64,000 nt of DNA from Octopus sinensis (taxonomy: Eukaryota). The translations under genes were made by a program, and so were the position numbers. The DNA is taken from assembly GCF_006345805.1 (NCBI RefSeq), contig NC_043014.1:27094001-27158000 (forward strand), given 5' to 3'. This document shows, piece by piece, positions 49,276-61,105 of the stretch (positions within the stretch are counted from its first letter, which is position 1; every line of letters begins with the position of its first letter). The notes under the pieces were generated by a model. The model searched no databases, was not told the DNA's origin, and was given only the letters and a program-made list of their open reading frames with translations.

Positions 49276-50203
49276 TACCTTGCATACCTACATACATTCA
49301 CACATACATACATATACGCATACACACATTCATACATATACACGCACATATGAATGGATGCACGTACACATAAATATAATTAGATGGTTGTGATGAGTGA
49401 GGAATTAGATTGGGATTAGGAGTTAGAATGTAGATTTATAGGGTTATTGGGATTACCTAAGGGGTATTGTGGAAATGTAGTGTATGGTCGTTTAGGCATT
49501 TGGATTTGTGGTAGAATTTGAATGTGTGAAAAAAGCAGTGGTTGCATGTGCTTAGTGCCTCATTATGTTTATTTAGCAGTGCTGGAGAGTTGTGCTTTAA
49601 TATGTGAAGTGCCTCTATCAGGCAAGGTTTGCAGGTTGAGCGTTGACCTCGGCCAGTCAGGTAGTATGTGTTAATAATAATAATATTACAACAAAAGGAT
49701 GATTGAGACCTCGATATTATGTAAAATAGAGAAATTTATCTATAAATATGATATGTGACTATTAGTTGGTTGTCATAATAAAACTCAGAGTTTCAGATGC
49801 CGGGGCTGAAGTCTGCTCTAGCATCTCATCAGTTATTAAGAATTTATTAAGGAAGTGGAAGAAAAAAAAAGATAGAAAGCTGTATGTCACATGTGAGCAA
49901 GGAGAGAGAGTCAAGGAGGAAGAGTGAGAGAGAGAGAGAAGGAATGGTGAAGGGGAGAGAAGAATTAGAGAAAGGATGGGAGAGAAAAACAGAAAGGAAG
50001 AATAACAAGAGAGGGAGATAGAATAGAGATAGGTTGTAGAGTGTGCATTAAGATAAAACTTACTTGGAAATGGATGCATGGCGTTTGATTATATAATAAT
50101 ATAAATAATATATATATATGCATATATACACACTCACATGTACACACCTACATATATATATGTATATATACATGCATATATGGGTAGAGGATGTCATGCA
50201 TCC

Positions 50204-50242
<39 letters not shown>

Positions 50243-50687
50243 AACAGACGTGTGTGTGTGTGTGCATGCACGTGCATGTGTGCGTGTATGCATGTGCGTG
50301 GGTGTGGATGTGTACCAAAAGAAGTTATTTGATGGCATTCTTTTGTTTGAAGCAGGAAAATTGTCAACCGATCAAATGGTGGATCATTTGATTGTTCATT
50401 AATATCCATAAAATTTTTTATTTCTTTATGATTTGGAGAGAGCAGAGATTGAAAGAGAGGAGAAAATGAAAAGGCAACATTTGCTTGGAAGTGAGAGCAG
50501 AAAGTAAGAGATGTATGTGTGTATATGAAATGGAGATGTGTGTGTGAGAGAGAGAGTGAGTGAGTGAAGGTGTGTGTTGTAATGCATGTATTTTTTGCAT
50601 GTATGTGTAAGTGGCACTCACTTGCTTTCTCTCTCTCTTTCATACACACACACACACAATATCTTTCATATACATGTACATAAATAC

Positions 50688-51050
50688 AGGCACAGGAATG
50701 TCTGTGTGGTAAGTAGCTTGCTTACCAGCCACACGGTACCAGGTTCAGTCCCACTGCGTAGCACCTTGGGCAAGTGTCTTCTACTATAGCTTCAAGCTGA
50801 CCAAAGCTTTGTGAGTGGATTTGGTAGACGGAAACTGAAAGAAGCCCGTCATATGTATATATGTGTGTGTGTGCACATGTTTGTGTGTTTGTGATATCAG
50901 TGTGTTTACGTCCCCGTAACTTAGTGGTTTGGCAAAAAGACTGATAGAATAAGTACTAGGCTTACAAAGAATAAGTCCTGGGGTTGATTTGTTCAAACTA
51001 AAGGCAGTGCTCCAGCATGGCCACAGTCAAATGACTGAAACATATAAAAG
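50688..51050 (+). mobile_element. Composite tRNA-derived SINE
   Basis: Same head, CORE-like block and tail as 10473-10870 and 41745-42150. Confidence 0.85.
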
Positions 51051-52924
51051 AATAAATGCATATGCATGAAAGAGAGGAGAAAGTGAAAGATGTATGTACG
51101 TGTATATGAAATGGATGTGTGTGTGTGTGTGAGAGAGAGAAAGAGTGAGTGAAGGTGTGTTGTCATATATGTATTTTTTTGCATGTATGTGTAAGTGGCA
51201 CTCACTCAGTCTTTCTCTCTGATTCACACACACACATTTTTCATATACACATACATAAATACATACTTTTTCTATATATATGTGCATGTGAGAAAGAGAG
51301 AGCAAGTGACTGTATTTCATCATAACATATAGAGAAATGGGTGTTTTTTAAGGTAAACACTCATATAGAAAATGTGGTGTCGTCATTGTTGTCATCATGT
51401 TATAAAATGTTTATGATAGTTGACTTAAAGAAAAGATTACAATGTAAAATTTTTGTAATGCAATGAAAATAAAGTATATTTGGTAGTTGTAAGATTACTG
51501 AATCTTTTGATACCCCATACATCAAAATCAGCAACTCAGTTTTTGAATGCATAAGTAAGATACACACACACACACACACACCTACAAACTCTCTTTTATA
51601 TATATGGAATGTGTGGGGCTATTCATGTATGGAAGAAAAGGAAAGATATTATTTATAGTGTATTGTTTGAGTATGTTGGTAAAGTTTTAATAAATTTTAA
51701 TACAGTGATTTGAAAACAAATATGAAAACGCTTTACCTTTCACTTGTTTAACATCTGTTGTTATTGTAAAAGTTTTCACTGAGCATACAATAGTTATATG
51801 TATGCGTTAAGTGATAGGAAGAAATGAAAGAAGAAAGTATTAAAATTTTGTCTCCCCTACTCTGTCCCTGTCTCCCTCTCTCTCATTTCCTGTATGTCTG
51901 TCTCTTCATATCTTCTCCCCTTCCCTGATACCAGTCACCTCATTATGCCTCATTTCCCTGAACCTAACACTTTTGCACCCCTCTCTGTTTTATCATGCAT
52001 TCAACACTTGGAAAGTTGTCATGTCCTAACAGATCCTCTCTGCTCATTGATGTCTGTTTGTTAACTGCTTTACAGAGAATGTTACCTCATAGTACCAGCA
52101 GACAAAATGGAAAGGTGTTGCCTCAAAGGATAGCGAGGGAAATACGCTGAAGAAGCCACTCTGATTCACAGGGCTCACACTTGCACACAGTAACCTCTGC
52201 CCCAATAGCGGTGAGCAGGGATATAGCCCCAAGAATGCTGGAGATAAACTTGTCAGAGAGTGACTATGGGTGCATCTTATTGTGGCAGCAACACAAGAGA
52301 AGTTGCCTTGTCTTCTCCAAAACTTAAGTGCCCTCCATACGTAATTTCTATTCATCAAGGGCAACATGGTGGACAGTTTATTTAGAAGAAGTGATGGCCA
52401 GAAGACAAAAGAGGAGATAGTATGAGTGAGTGTGGTGGAGGAAACAGAACAATAGGATGAAGAAAGACAGTGATAATATTAATTAATTCCTTTCTATTTT
52501 TTAAATGCAAGTTAAACCTCAGTAGGTGAAACTAAATATTCCTGTTGGAATATTGAAAAGACACTGCAAGTGAGAGGTGTCTACTCAGTCTCCTTTTTTG
52601 ACCAACAAAATCATCAAGTAATCCTCTATACTGGGATCATTAACTCTGGTAGCAATAATAGTCAATTCTCTTTTGAATCACTCTCTTCTTCCTTGTATTA
52701 GGACATGGCACATTACATAATGTAACCCTAAATAACAAGATGGGATGGTCATGGCTGGAATGCCTTTCATCATAGGGACAACCTAGTAGTTAAATAAGGA
52801 AAGAGCCCCCATGCGGTCACTAGATCTACTAAAGCAGCAACCAAATCTCTCTCAGACCATACCCTACCTTATTAATTTAAAAAGTGACATATTGAGTAGT
52901 GTAGCCCTAGATACCCCAAACAGA

Positions 52925-53505
52925 TGAATAACAGACAATATGGCAAGTGAAATCAAAATCAAATTCGACAACTGGCATCCGTGCTAGCTGGGTGCAAAGA
53001 GCTCCAAAAGAGCACCATACAAGGGTGATCATTGACAGAGGGGCTAACTGGCTTCCGTGCCAGTGGCACATAAAAGGGCACCATTTGAGTGTGATCATTA
53101 CCAGCGTCGCCTTACTGGCACTTGTGCCCGTGCTTGTAGGGTGCCAGGAGCACCATCTGAGCGTGATCGTTGCCAGAGCAGCCAACTAGCTCCATGCCGG
53201 TGACACGTAAAAGGGCACCATTCGAGTGTGATCGTTACCAACGTCGCCTTACTGGCACCTGTGCCAGTGGCATGTGTAAAAAGATTCGAGCAAGGTTATT
53301 GCCAGTACCGCCTGTACCGGTGGCATGTAAAAAGCACCCACTACACTCTCAGAGTGGTTGGCGTTAGGAAGGGCATCCAGCTGTAGAAACTCTGCCAGAT
53401 CAAGATTGGAGCCTGGTGCGGCCGTCTGGTTCACCAGCCCTCAGTCAAAATCGTCCAACCCATGCTAGCATGGAAGGCGAACGTTAAACGATGATGATGA
53501 TGATG
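52925..53505 (+). mobile_element. RTE LINE 3' UTR with several tandem ~50-60-bp modules
   Basis: Repeated (g)tggcac(a/g)taaaagggcaccatt.gagtgtgatc units, then the common tail and (gat)n. Confidence 0.85.
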
Positions 53506-54086
53506 GTCATGACTAGACTACCTTTTATTCTAAGTCTGCTTGAGACCAAACAAGAACAACATAGTCTTGAGTAGCTTTATGTTAGCTTTGGAATTTCTAT
53601 AGGTTAAGTGAAAACACTAAACATCTATAGTAAGCAGGTAATTGGGGTAAGTTACCCTACTAAAAAACACAAACCAAACTGGATACTCACCTTGTAAGTG
53701 GTAAGCAGGTAATTGTGGGTAGAACAACCTGTTAAGCACACACTGAACTGGATTCCCACGTGTGTGTTTATAAACCCAGCTTGTTGATATTTAATATTAT
53801 CTCCCAGATCAGTATTGAAGTACTGTCAGACGGGATTAGCAGACAGTAAAAACTAAATATACGTTGTATAGTCGGATAAATCATTGACAAGAAACATCTA
53901 TCAGGCGACACCGATCCCAATGGAAGGCATAGTAAGTGAGGTGACCGACGTAGCTCGGTTGATGATATTTCTTAAACATATTTAATATTTTTGTAATGGC
54001 ACATATAAGGCATCGTAGCGTAGCGGTTAATTTTTCGGGCGATCTGTTTTCAATTCCTTGTCGCGTGATTTTAAGTTTGAAATCGG

Positions 54087-54260
54087 TATAAATACGGAAC
54101 ACGCTTGTCGTGTCAGTACACTGTTCTCTTTCTTTCATTTCAAGCATGAAAAAAAAAAAAAAAAACTCTCTTATTCGCAAGGAAGACTGATCGGAAGTTG
54201 TGATACTAGTTCTATTCTAAGTGGAAGTGCTTCATTTCCTACTATGAAGTGGCTCCAGAG
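54087..54260 (+). promoter_or_regulatory. Candidate intragenic promoter and first exon
   Basis: TATAAATA at 54087-54094, TCAGT initiator at 54113-54117 (A 28 nt after the TATA T), ATG at 54244, donor AG|gtaacc at 54260/61, inside a CpG-retaining region. Confidence 0.45.
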
Positions 54261-55306
54261 GTAACCGGCTCTTCGAAGTCTTTAATACTTTACACCTACC
54301 ATATGTGTGTACATACACGACGTACCCAGTCACAAACGTTCTCATTGCTTCGCCTTGTTTACTCCCGAACTATATTCTTAGTTTTTTTCTTTTATTTTTA
54401 TAAATTTAAATGTCTGACTTTTGATTAACATCATGTCTGATTACCAAAGGAAAAACACCATGTCACTTGATGTCAGACATCGAAATACACGCAAACACAG
54501 ACTCAGTTCGTGTATATCGATCCAACGATGGGTATGTTCGTGTATAATCACCTCGTGCGTGTAAACACTATCATTGGGGATACCGATGTTATTATATGCT
54601 CACCATCCATTGCTGATTATGTGAGACACGGGCAAAATCTACCTTTTTATCAGCTTAGTTAAATTTCTTCTGTGCGGTCAGAAGAAATTTAATGCGGTCT
54701 ATTGCAATATTTATGTAATAGACTAATATTGGAGGACAAGATCGCCAACTCAGATACTTTGCAGTACAAGATCTAAGATCAAATCAACAATGCTCAGTGA
54801 CCGTCACTTGTGATGATTTGGTGTTGTGCATTGCATAGGCAGAGGAAGAGAGAGAGCGGGTTGAAAAGATAGAGGTCAATGATAAAATTGTTAAATAGGT
54901 ATACGAAGTTGTCTTTTATTTAACAAACAAATAGGCCCCACGGTTAGACCACAAGCTTTCAAGTAGCTGGGAATGAAACCAAACTAGTTGGCTTTGTTTT
55001 TTATTAAAGAAACATCTGATTTCTGGGCTCTTCAATGTTCTATAATCTAACCATGGAGTTATCCCCCGAGATGAATCAATGATTTGCACAATGTCCATAT
55101 TCACAACCCTACAGTCATTGGACAGTACCTTAACTTTCACTTCTACCATGCACACAGTGTGAAGAAACGGATTGTTCACTGCCATTTTTTTTAGTACTTA
55201 TTCTATTGGTCCTTTTTGCTAAACTGCTACGGGATGTAAACCCACCAACACCGGTTGTCAAGTGGTGATAGGGACAAACACAGAAACAAAGGAAGGCACT
55301 TGTACG

Positions 55307-55365
<59 letters not shown>

Positions 55366-55420
55366 CATACATACATATATATACGTATATATATATACAT
55401 ACATATATATATGTACATAC

Positions 55421-55482
<62 letters not shown>

Positions 55483-55486
<4 letters not shown>

Positions 55487-55853
55487 AAATAAATGAAAGA
55501 ATGGAGTTGAACGACAAATTAACAAAATTCCTTTATTTTCAACAAATGTTTCGAAGGCTGCATATTCCTAATTTCGAAGGAATAAGGAGTGCATTATGCC
55601 GCCTTCTCATCAGGAAAAACTTTTAGGTGACTGCCCACACAGAGCCCATAGCTATGGGCTCCGTGTGGGCAGTCATCTAAATGTTTTTGTGCATCTTGAT
55701 GCTAACATAAGTTCCTTGTTTTTCCTGATGAGAAGGCGGCATAATGCACCCCTTATTCCTTCGAAATTAGGAATATGCAGCCTTCGAAACATGTCGAAAA
55801 TAAAGGAATTTTGTTAATTCGTCGTTCAACTCCATTCTTTCATTTATTTGTAT
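55483..55853. repeat. Nested fold-back: ~137-bp outer arms (55483-55620 / 55718-55853) plus a loop-less 30-bp inner palindrome (55622-55681)
   Basis: Outer arms differ by 3 substitutions and one 2-nt indel; inner centre is cccatag|ctatggg. Confidence 0.95.
55712..55808 (+). ncRNA. Type I hammerhead ribozyme candidate
   Basis: Stem I TTTTC/GAAAA plus TTCCTT/AAGGAA; CTGATGA at 55725-55731; stem II GAAGGC/GCCTTC, extended; GAAA at 55786-55789; palindromic stem III ACATGT; GUC site at 55793-55795. Confidence 0.8.
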
Positions 55854-56029
55854 TTAAAAAAAACATACAAATTTCCACACGATAGCACGTGATCTCTGCC
55901 CTAGGCATGTAGCTTCAACCGTGTTTTTCTGACGTGAATTTGCTACCCAGGTATCGGTTAACCGAATTATCCATAATAAGATAATTCTTTCAACTACTCA
56001 ATTATATATATATAATTCCCACAGGAGGT

Positions 56030-56235
56030 TAAACATAGAGGGGACAAACAAGAACAGACAAAGGGATTAAGCCGATTACATTGACTCCAGTGCATAATTG
56101 GTACTTATTTATTCAACCCCGAAAGGATGAAAGGCGAAGTTGACCTTGGCGGAATTTGAACTCAGAACGTAACGGCAGAAGAAAAACGACTAAGCATTTT
56201 GCCCGGCATGCTAACGATTCTGCCAGCTCACCACC
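56030..56235 (-). mobile_element. Meta-domain-like tRNA SINE
   Basis: ccagtgcataattggtacttatttattcaaccccgaaaggatgaaaggcgaagttgacc...gcccggcatgctaacgattctgccagctcacc. Confidence 0.85.
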
Positions 56236-56243
56236 TTACATTC

Positions 56244-56274
<31 letters not shown>

Positions 56275-56284
56275 CATACATACA

Positions 56285-56316
<32 letters not shown>

Positions 56317-56349
56317 CACATATATATATCTGCACACTAGCTTAAAAGC

Positions 56350-56560
56350 CATCCGATATACATATTCGTATATGACGCCATGATAAATCGTTAGCCACTA
56401 CACACATTTTTTTTCTCAACTTGTTTTTTCTGTGTACCTTTCTGTAGAAGAGCATAGGCTCGAAACGTAAAAGACTTTTTCTATTCCTGAGCGCTATACT
56501 AATACATCTGTTTGTTTTGTACACCACCTGTCTTCGTCTTTTGTTTATTTCATAAACTTT
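56350..56560 (+). mobile_element. PLE-type terminal repeat with a minimal hammerhead-like motif (56438-56473)
   Basis: cttt-CTGTAGA-a-GAGC-atag-GCTC-GAAA-CG-TA-aaag; core position A6 is T. Confidence 0.55.
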
Positions 56561-56649
56561 CCCTATATATATATATTTTCATTTTCATTTCATCTAGTTT
56601 CAGCTCACGAGCTGTGGCCATGCTGGGGCACCGCCATTATATATATATA

Positions 56650-57660
56650 TATCATCATCATCGTCATTTAACATCCACTTTCCATGCAGGCTTGGGTTGG
56701 ACAATTTAACTAAGAGCTGGCAAGCCAGAAGGCTGCGCCAGGCTCCAATCTAATCTAGCAAAGTTTTTACAGCTGGATGCCCTTCTTAACACCAACCACT
56801 CTGTGAGTGCAGTGGGTGCTTTTTACTTGCCAACTACATGAGGGCCAGTCATGTGGTACTGGCATCGACCATGCTTGAAAGGTGCTTTTTACATATCACA
56901 GGCACAGGGAGCCAGTCAGGCGGCACAGGAACAGTCACGCTTGAATGATGCTTTTTGTGTGCCAATCAAGCAACAACAATAACTTCACTTAACATGTTTT
57001 CAGAAGCGCAGTTTATTGCCCAATGATTAAAGTGTACTCTTAAATGGGCCAGTTATGCTTCACTGGCATAGGCCATAGTTATGGTCCCACTTGGCTTCTC
57101 AAGCACAGCATATCTCCAAAAGTCTAGGTCACTTATCACCTCCATGACGCCCAGTGTTCAAAGGTCGTGCTTCACTACCTCATCCCAGGTCTACCTCTTC
57201 CACAGGTTCCCTCTACTACTAGGGTGTGACACTTTTTCATACAGCAGTCATCATCCATATGCAACACGTGACCATACCAGCGCACTCGTCTCTTTTGCAC
57301 ACCACATCTGATGCTTCTTATGGCCAACTTTTCTTTCAGGATGCTTACACTCTCTCGTGTATGCACACTGACATTACACATCCAGCAGAGCATACTATCT
57401 TCATTCCTTATAAGCATGTCCTCAGCAGTCATGTCCCATGTTTCACTGCTATGTAGCATGGCTGCTCGCACACATGCATTATGCAGTCTACCTTTTACTC
57501 TGAGTGAGAGGCCCTTTGTTACCAGCAGAGGTAGGATCTCTCTGAACTTTGGCCAGGCTATTCTTATTCTAGCAGCTACACTCTCAGAGCATCCAGCTCT
57601 GCTACTGACTTGGTCGCCTAGGTAATGGGAGCTATCAACTACTTCTAGTTTTTCCCTCTG
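56650..57660 (-). mobile_element. 5'-truncated RTE LINE (RT C-terminus + 3' UTR)
   Basis: ORF 57175..57471 LHSSETW...RRVRWYGHVLHMDDDCCMKKC...GRGRP; homologous to 59800-60360. Confidence 0.9.
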
Positions 57661-57788
57661 GCATATGACAGAAGCTGTTTTCTACCCATTTTCAGTATTT
57701 ATATATATATATAAATATATGTAGGTCCCAGGTTGAGTCAGGGTTAACCACAGTAAATAAGGTACTCAATACATAGCAGAGTAAATTA

Positions 57789-57918
57789 ATTTATTTTATA
57801 GACGGAGCTTCTACAGGACTAGAACTGTTTCATTCAAAAGAAATCATCAGGAAGCTTCCTGATGATTTCTTTTGAATGAAACAGTTCTAGTCCTGTAGAA
57901 GCTCCTTCTATAAAATAA

Positions 57919-57920
<2 letters not shown>
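57789..57920. repeat. Loop-less palindrome, 66-bp arms, 1 mismatch
   Basis: Centre caggaag|cttcctg at 57854/57855; arms carry CTGATGA-N12-GAAAC-N7-GTC. Confidence 0.95.
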
Positions 57921-57953
<33 letters not shown>

Positions 57954-58609
57954 CATATGTACATACAAACACACACATATCTCCCCCTCACCATTTTCTA
58001 TCTGTCTGTCCCTCCCTCTCCCTCCTTTACTCTCTCTCGCTCACACGTAATCATCATCCATCGTTCCTTTCCTCACATGATCTTTCTTTTCCCTCAATCT
58101 CTTGTGCAGTTCGGATGTATTTGTACCTGTCTCCTCTCTTTTTCTCTTTTCAAAGCATCTTCTTCAAGCGTTCACCAATTTTACCTCGACTGTGCCTAAT
58201 GGCCCTCCTAGTTTGTATTCATGTCATTTGGTTTGTTGTATGTCCTATATTTGTTACTAACTTTCACCCTCTGCAAATCCCAAATCCTCAATTTTTATAC
58301 TGCAGTTCGCAGGAGCAACTGCTTTCAAAGTCTTATCTTGTTGTTTGAATGCTTGAAATAAGGAGTAGGACAGCCAACAACTGATGAAGGGTCGTTTTTT
58401 ATGTTACTTTGTTTTCCATTCATTTCTCTCGCTTTTTGCGTACCCAACATTATTTTCGTATTTCATGTTTATTGATACTTTTGTGACATCCTGTATCAAT
58501 ATATGCATAGCTATATACATATATATATCTATGTATGTACAAATGTGTGTGTGTGTATATATATGTATGTATATATACATATATATACTATATATATATA
58601 TATCATCAT

Positions 58610-58840
58610 CATCATCATCATCATCGTTTAACGTCCGTTTTCCGCGCTAGCACGGGTTGGATGGTTTCGACCGGGGTCTGGGGAGCTAGGGACTGCCCCA
58701 GGCTCCAGTCTAGTCTGGCAGTGTTTCAACACCTGGATGCCCTTCCTAACGCCAACCACTCCGCGAGTGTAGTGGGTGTTTTTTACGTGCCACCTGCACA
58801 GGTGCCAGAGGGGTCTGGCATCGGCCACGTTCGGATGGTG
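58610..58840 (-). mobile_element. RTE LINE 3' tail (CpG-rich, young-looking)
   Basis: (cat)n-cgtttaacgtccgttttccgcgctagcacggg...ggatgcccttcctaacgccaaccactcc. Confidence 0.85.
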
Positions 58841-58960
58841 ACACACACACATATATATAGTAATAATAATAATAATATTAGGGAGTAAATCCAAACTTAC
58901 AGGGAAAAATTAGTAGTTTTATCTCTAATTTAATATAATATATATATATATATATATATA

Positions 58961-60640
58961 GTCAACTGCTACAAGGGTAAAGTGATACTCTAGATAGAAA
59001 TAACTACAGGGGTAATAAATTACTGGATCAGGTGATAAAGGTCACAGAGAGGGTCATAGCCCAACTCATTAGGGAGAGAGTCTGCTTAGATGAGATGCTG
59101 TTCGGTTTTGTTCTGGGTAGAAGCACCACTGATGCCATGTTCCTGGTTCAACAACTGCAGGAGAAATACCTAGCTAAAGATAAACCCCTCTACTTAGCTT
59201 TCATGGACTTGGAGAAAGCCTTTGACAGGGTCCCCCGATCCCTTATCTGGTGGGCGATGCGGAAACTGGAGATTGACAAATGCTTAATAAGGGCTGTACA
59301 GGCCCTATACAGAGAGGCTGTTTGTAAAGTTACGATTGGCTACGAATATAGTGAAGAATTTTGGGTAGAAGTAGGGGTCCACCAATGTTCAGCCCTCAGT
59401 CCCCTTTTATTCATCGTAGTCCTCCAGGCAATAACAGAGGAATTCAAGACGGGTTGCCCCTGGGAGCTTCTCTATGCTGATGACCTGGCCCTCATTGCAG
59501 AATCACTACCGGAACTAGAAAATAAATTTTGGGTGTGGAAGCTAGGTTTAGAATCAAAGGGCCTTAGAGTCAATGTAGCAAAGACCAAAGTTATAGTAAG
59601 TAGGAAGGCAAACTCACCACACACCCCATCAGGTAGGTGGCCCTGCTCAATCTGTAGAAAAGGTGTAGGTAGAAGCTCCATAAGATATACCCAGTGTAAG
59701 CTATGGATGCATAAGAGGTGCAGCAACATGAAAGGAAAATTAACCAAGATAACTTTCATGTGCGGTAGATGCACAGGGGCAATAGACACCACAGATACTC
59801 AGAAAATAGATTCCATCACACTCCAGGGGAAGAAACTAGAAGTAGTTGATAGTTTCTGCTACCTGGGTGACCAAGTTAGTAGTTGGGGTGGATGCTCAGA
59901 GAGTGTTACCAATAGAATAAGAATAGCCTGGGTAAAGTTCAGAAAGCTTCTACCCCTACTGGTGACAAAGGGTCTCTCGCTCAGAGTGAAAGCTAGATTG
60001 TATGATGCATGTGTGCAAACTGTCATACTTCACGGTAGTGAAACATGGGCTGTGACTGCAAGGGACATGCATAGGCTTGAAAGAAATGAAGCTAACATGA
60101 TCAGCTGGATGTGTAATGTCAATGTGTACACACGACAGAGTGTAAGTGTCCTGAGAGAAATGCTGGACATAAGAAGCATTGGATGTAGCGTGCAAGAGAG
60201 ACGTTTACGCTGGTATGGTCATGTACTACTGATGGATGAGGAGAAATGTGTGAAGAAGTGCCACTCCTGGAAGGAATCCGGGGTAGAGGTAGACCCAGGA
60301 AGACATAGGATGAGGTGGTCAAGCATGACCTTCGAACGTTGGGCCTCACAGAGGCAATGATGAAAGACCGAGATCTCTGGAGATATGCTGTGACTGCGAA
60401 GACCCGACAAATAACATGAGATCATGGCTGTTTCCTGCACCAGCCTCACATAGCAGCCCCAGCCCATCCAAAGTACCTTGGATTGCAGGACGACCTGCTG
60501 TGCTTACCTTGGATCGTAGGGTGACCTGCAGTGCTTGAGGAGACCTATTGAGTCAAGTACATCAACATCAAATAAAAATCAAATGGAAATTGTAGTTGTG
60601 ATACCTGTGCTGGTGGCACGTAAAAAAAAAAAAGCAATAT
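58961..60640 (+). mobile_element. 5'-truncated RTE-clade LINE: RT with an embedded PHD-like finger, plus partial 3' UTR
   Basis: ORF 59032..60360: FGFVLGRSTTDA, DLEKAFDRVP, GVHQCSALSPLLF, LYADDL, N.AKTKV, Cys/His finger at 59644-59772, YLG, LRWYGHV. Confidence 0.95.
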
Positions 60641-60644
60641 CCGA

Positions 60645-60910
60645 ACGTGGCCAAGGTTGTTTATGGAAGGCCAGCAGTCGCCCATGAATACCAGCCTCCC
60701 CCTCCACGCCACCAGTGTTTTCCAAGGTAAAAGCAAACGTTGATACAGCTTGGCACCTGTGATGTCGCAACTCATTTCTACAGCTGAGTGTACTGGAGCA
60801 ATGTGAAATAAAGTGTCTTGCTCAAAGACACAACACGCACCCCAGTCCGGGATTCGAACTCACGATCGTAGGCTCGACGCTCTAACCACAGAGCCATGCG
60901 CCTTCACGGT
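60645..60910 (-). mobile_element. tRNA-derived SINE with CORE/V-like block
   Basis: Minus strand: A box tggctctgtggtt, B box gagttcgaatccc, then gtgtctttgagcaagacactttatttcacattgctccag. Confidence 0.85.
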
Positions 60911-60949
60911 GGAGGGACAAACACACAAATATATACATATATATATATA

Positions 60950-61105
60950 TATTCAACAGGCTTCTTTCAGTTTCTGTCTACCAAATCCACTCACAAGGCT
61001 TTGTTCAGCCTGAGGCTATAGTAGAAGACAATTGCCCAAGGTGCCACACAGTGAAACTGAACCAGGAACCATGTGGTTGGGAAGCAAGCTTCTTACCACA
61101 CAGCT
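60950..61105 (-). mobile_element. Composite SINE head
   Basis: Reverse complement of gctgtgtggtaagaagcttgcttcccaaccacatggttcctggttcag...ttgggcaa. Confidence 0.8.

Larger units (their letters stand above)
47800..49740 (-). mobile_element. PLE 3' region (GIY-YIG tail + UTR), interrupted by a Helitron, a SINE and microsatellites
   Basis: Minus frame near 49500-49630 reads CLIEALHILKHNSPALLNKHNEALSTCNH; hammerhead-like motif downstream at ~47860-48260. Confidence 0.65.

Noticed and set aside
52076-52350. Unique-looking sequence after a good acceptor (ctgctttacag) in the long intron
   Set aside because: All frames hit stops before any convincing donor; not needed for phase continuity of the host gene.
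58340-58400. GAAA upstream of CTGATGA (possible type II hammerhead); related caactgatgaaggg at ~11635-11650 (-)
   Set aside because: I could not form stems I-III or place a cleavage triplet.
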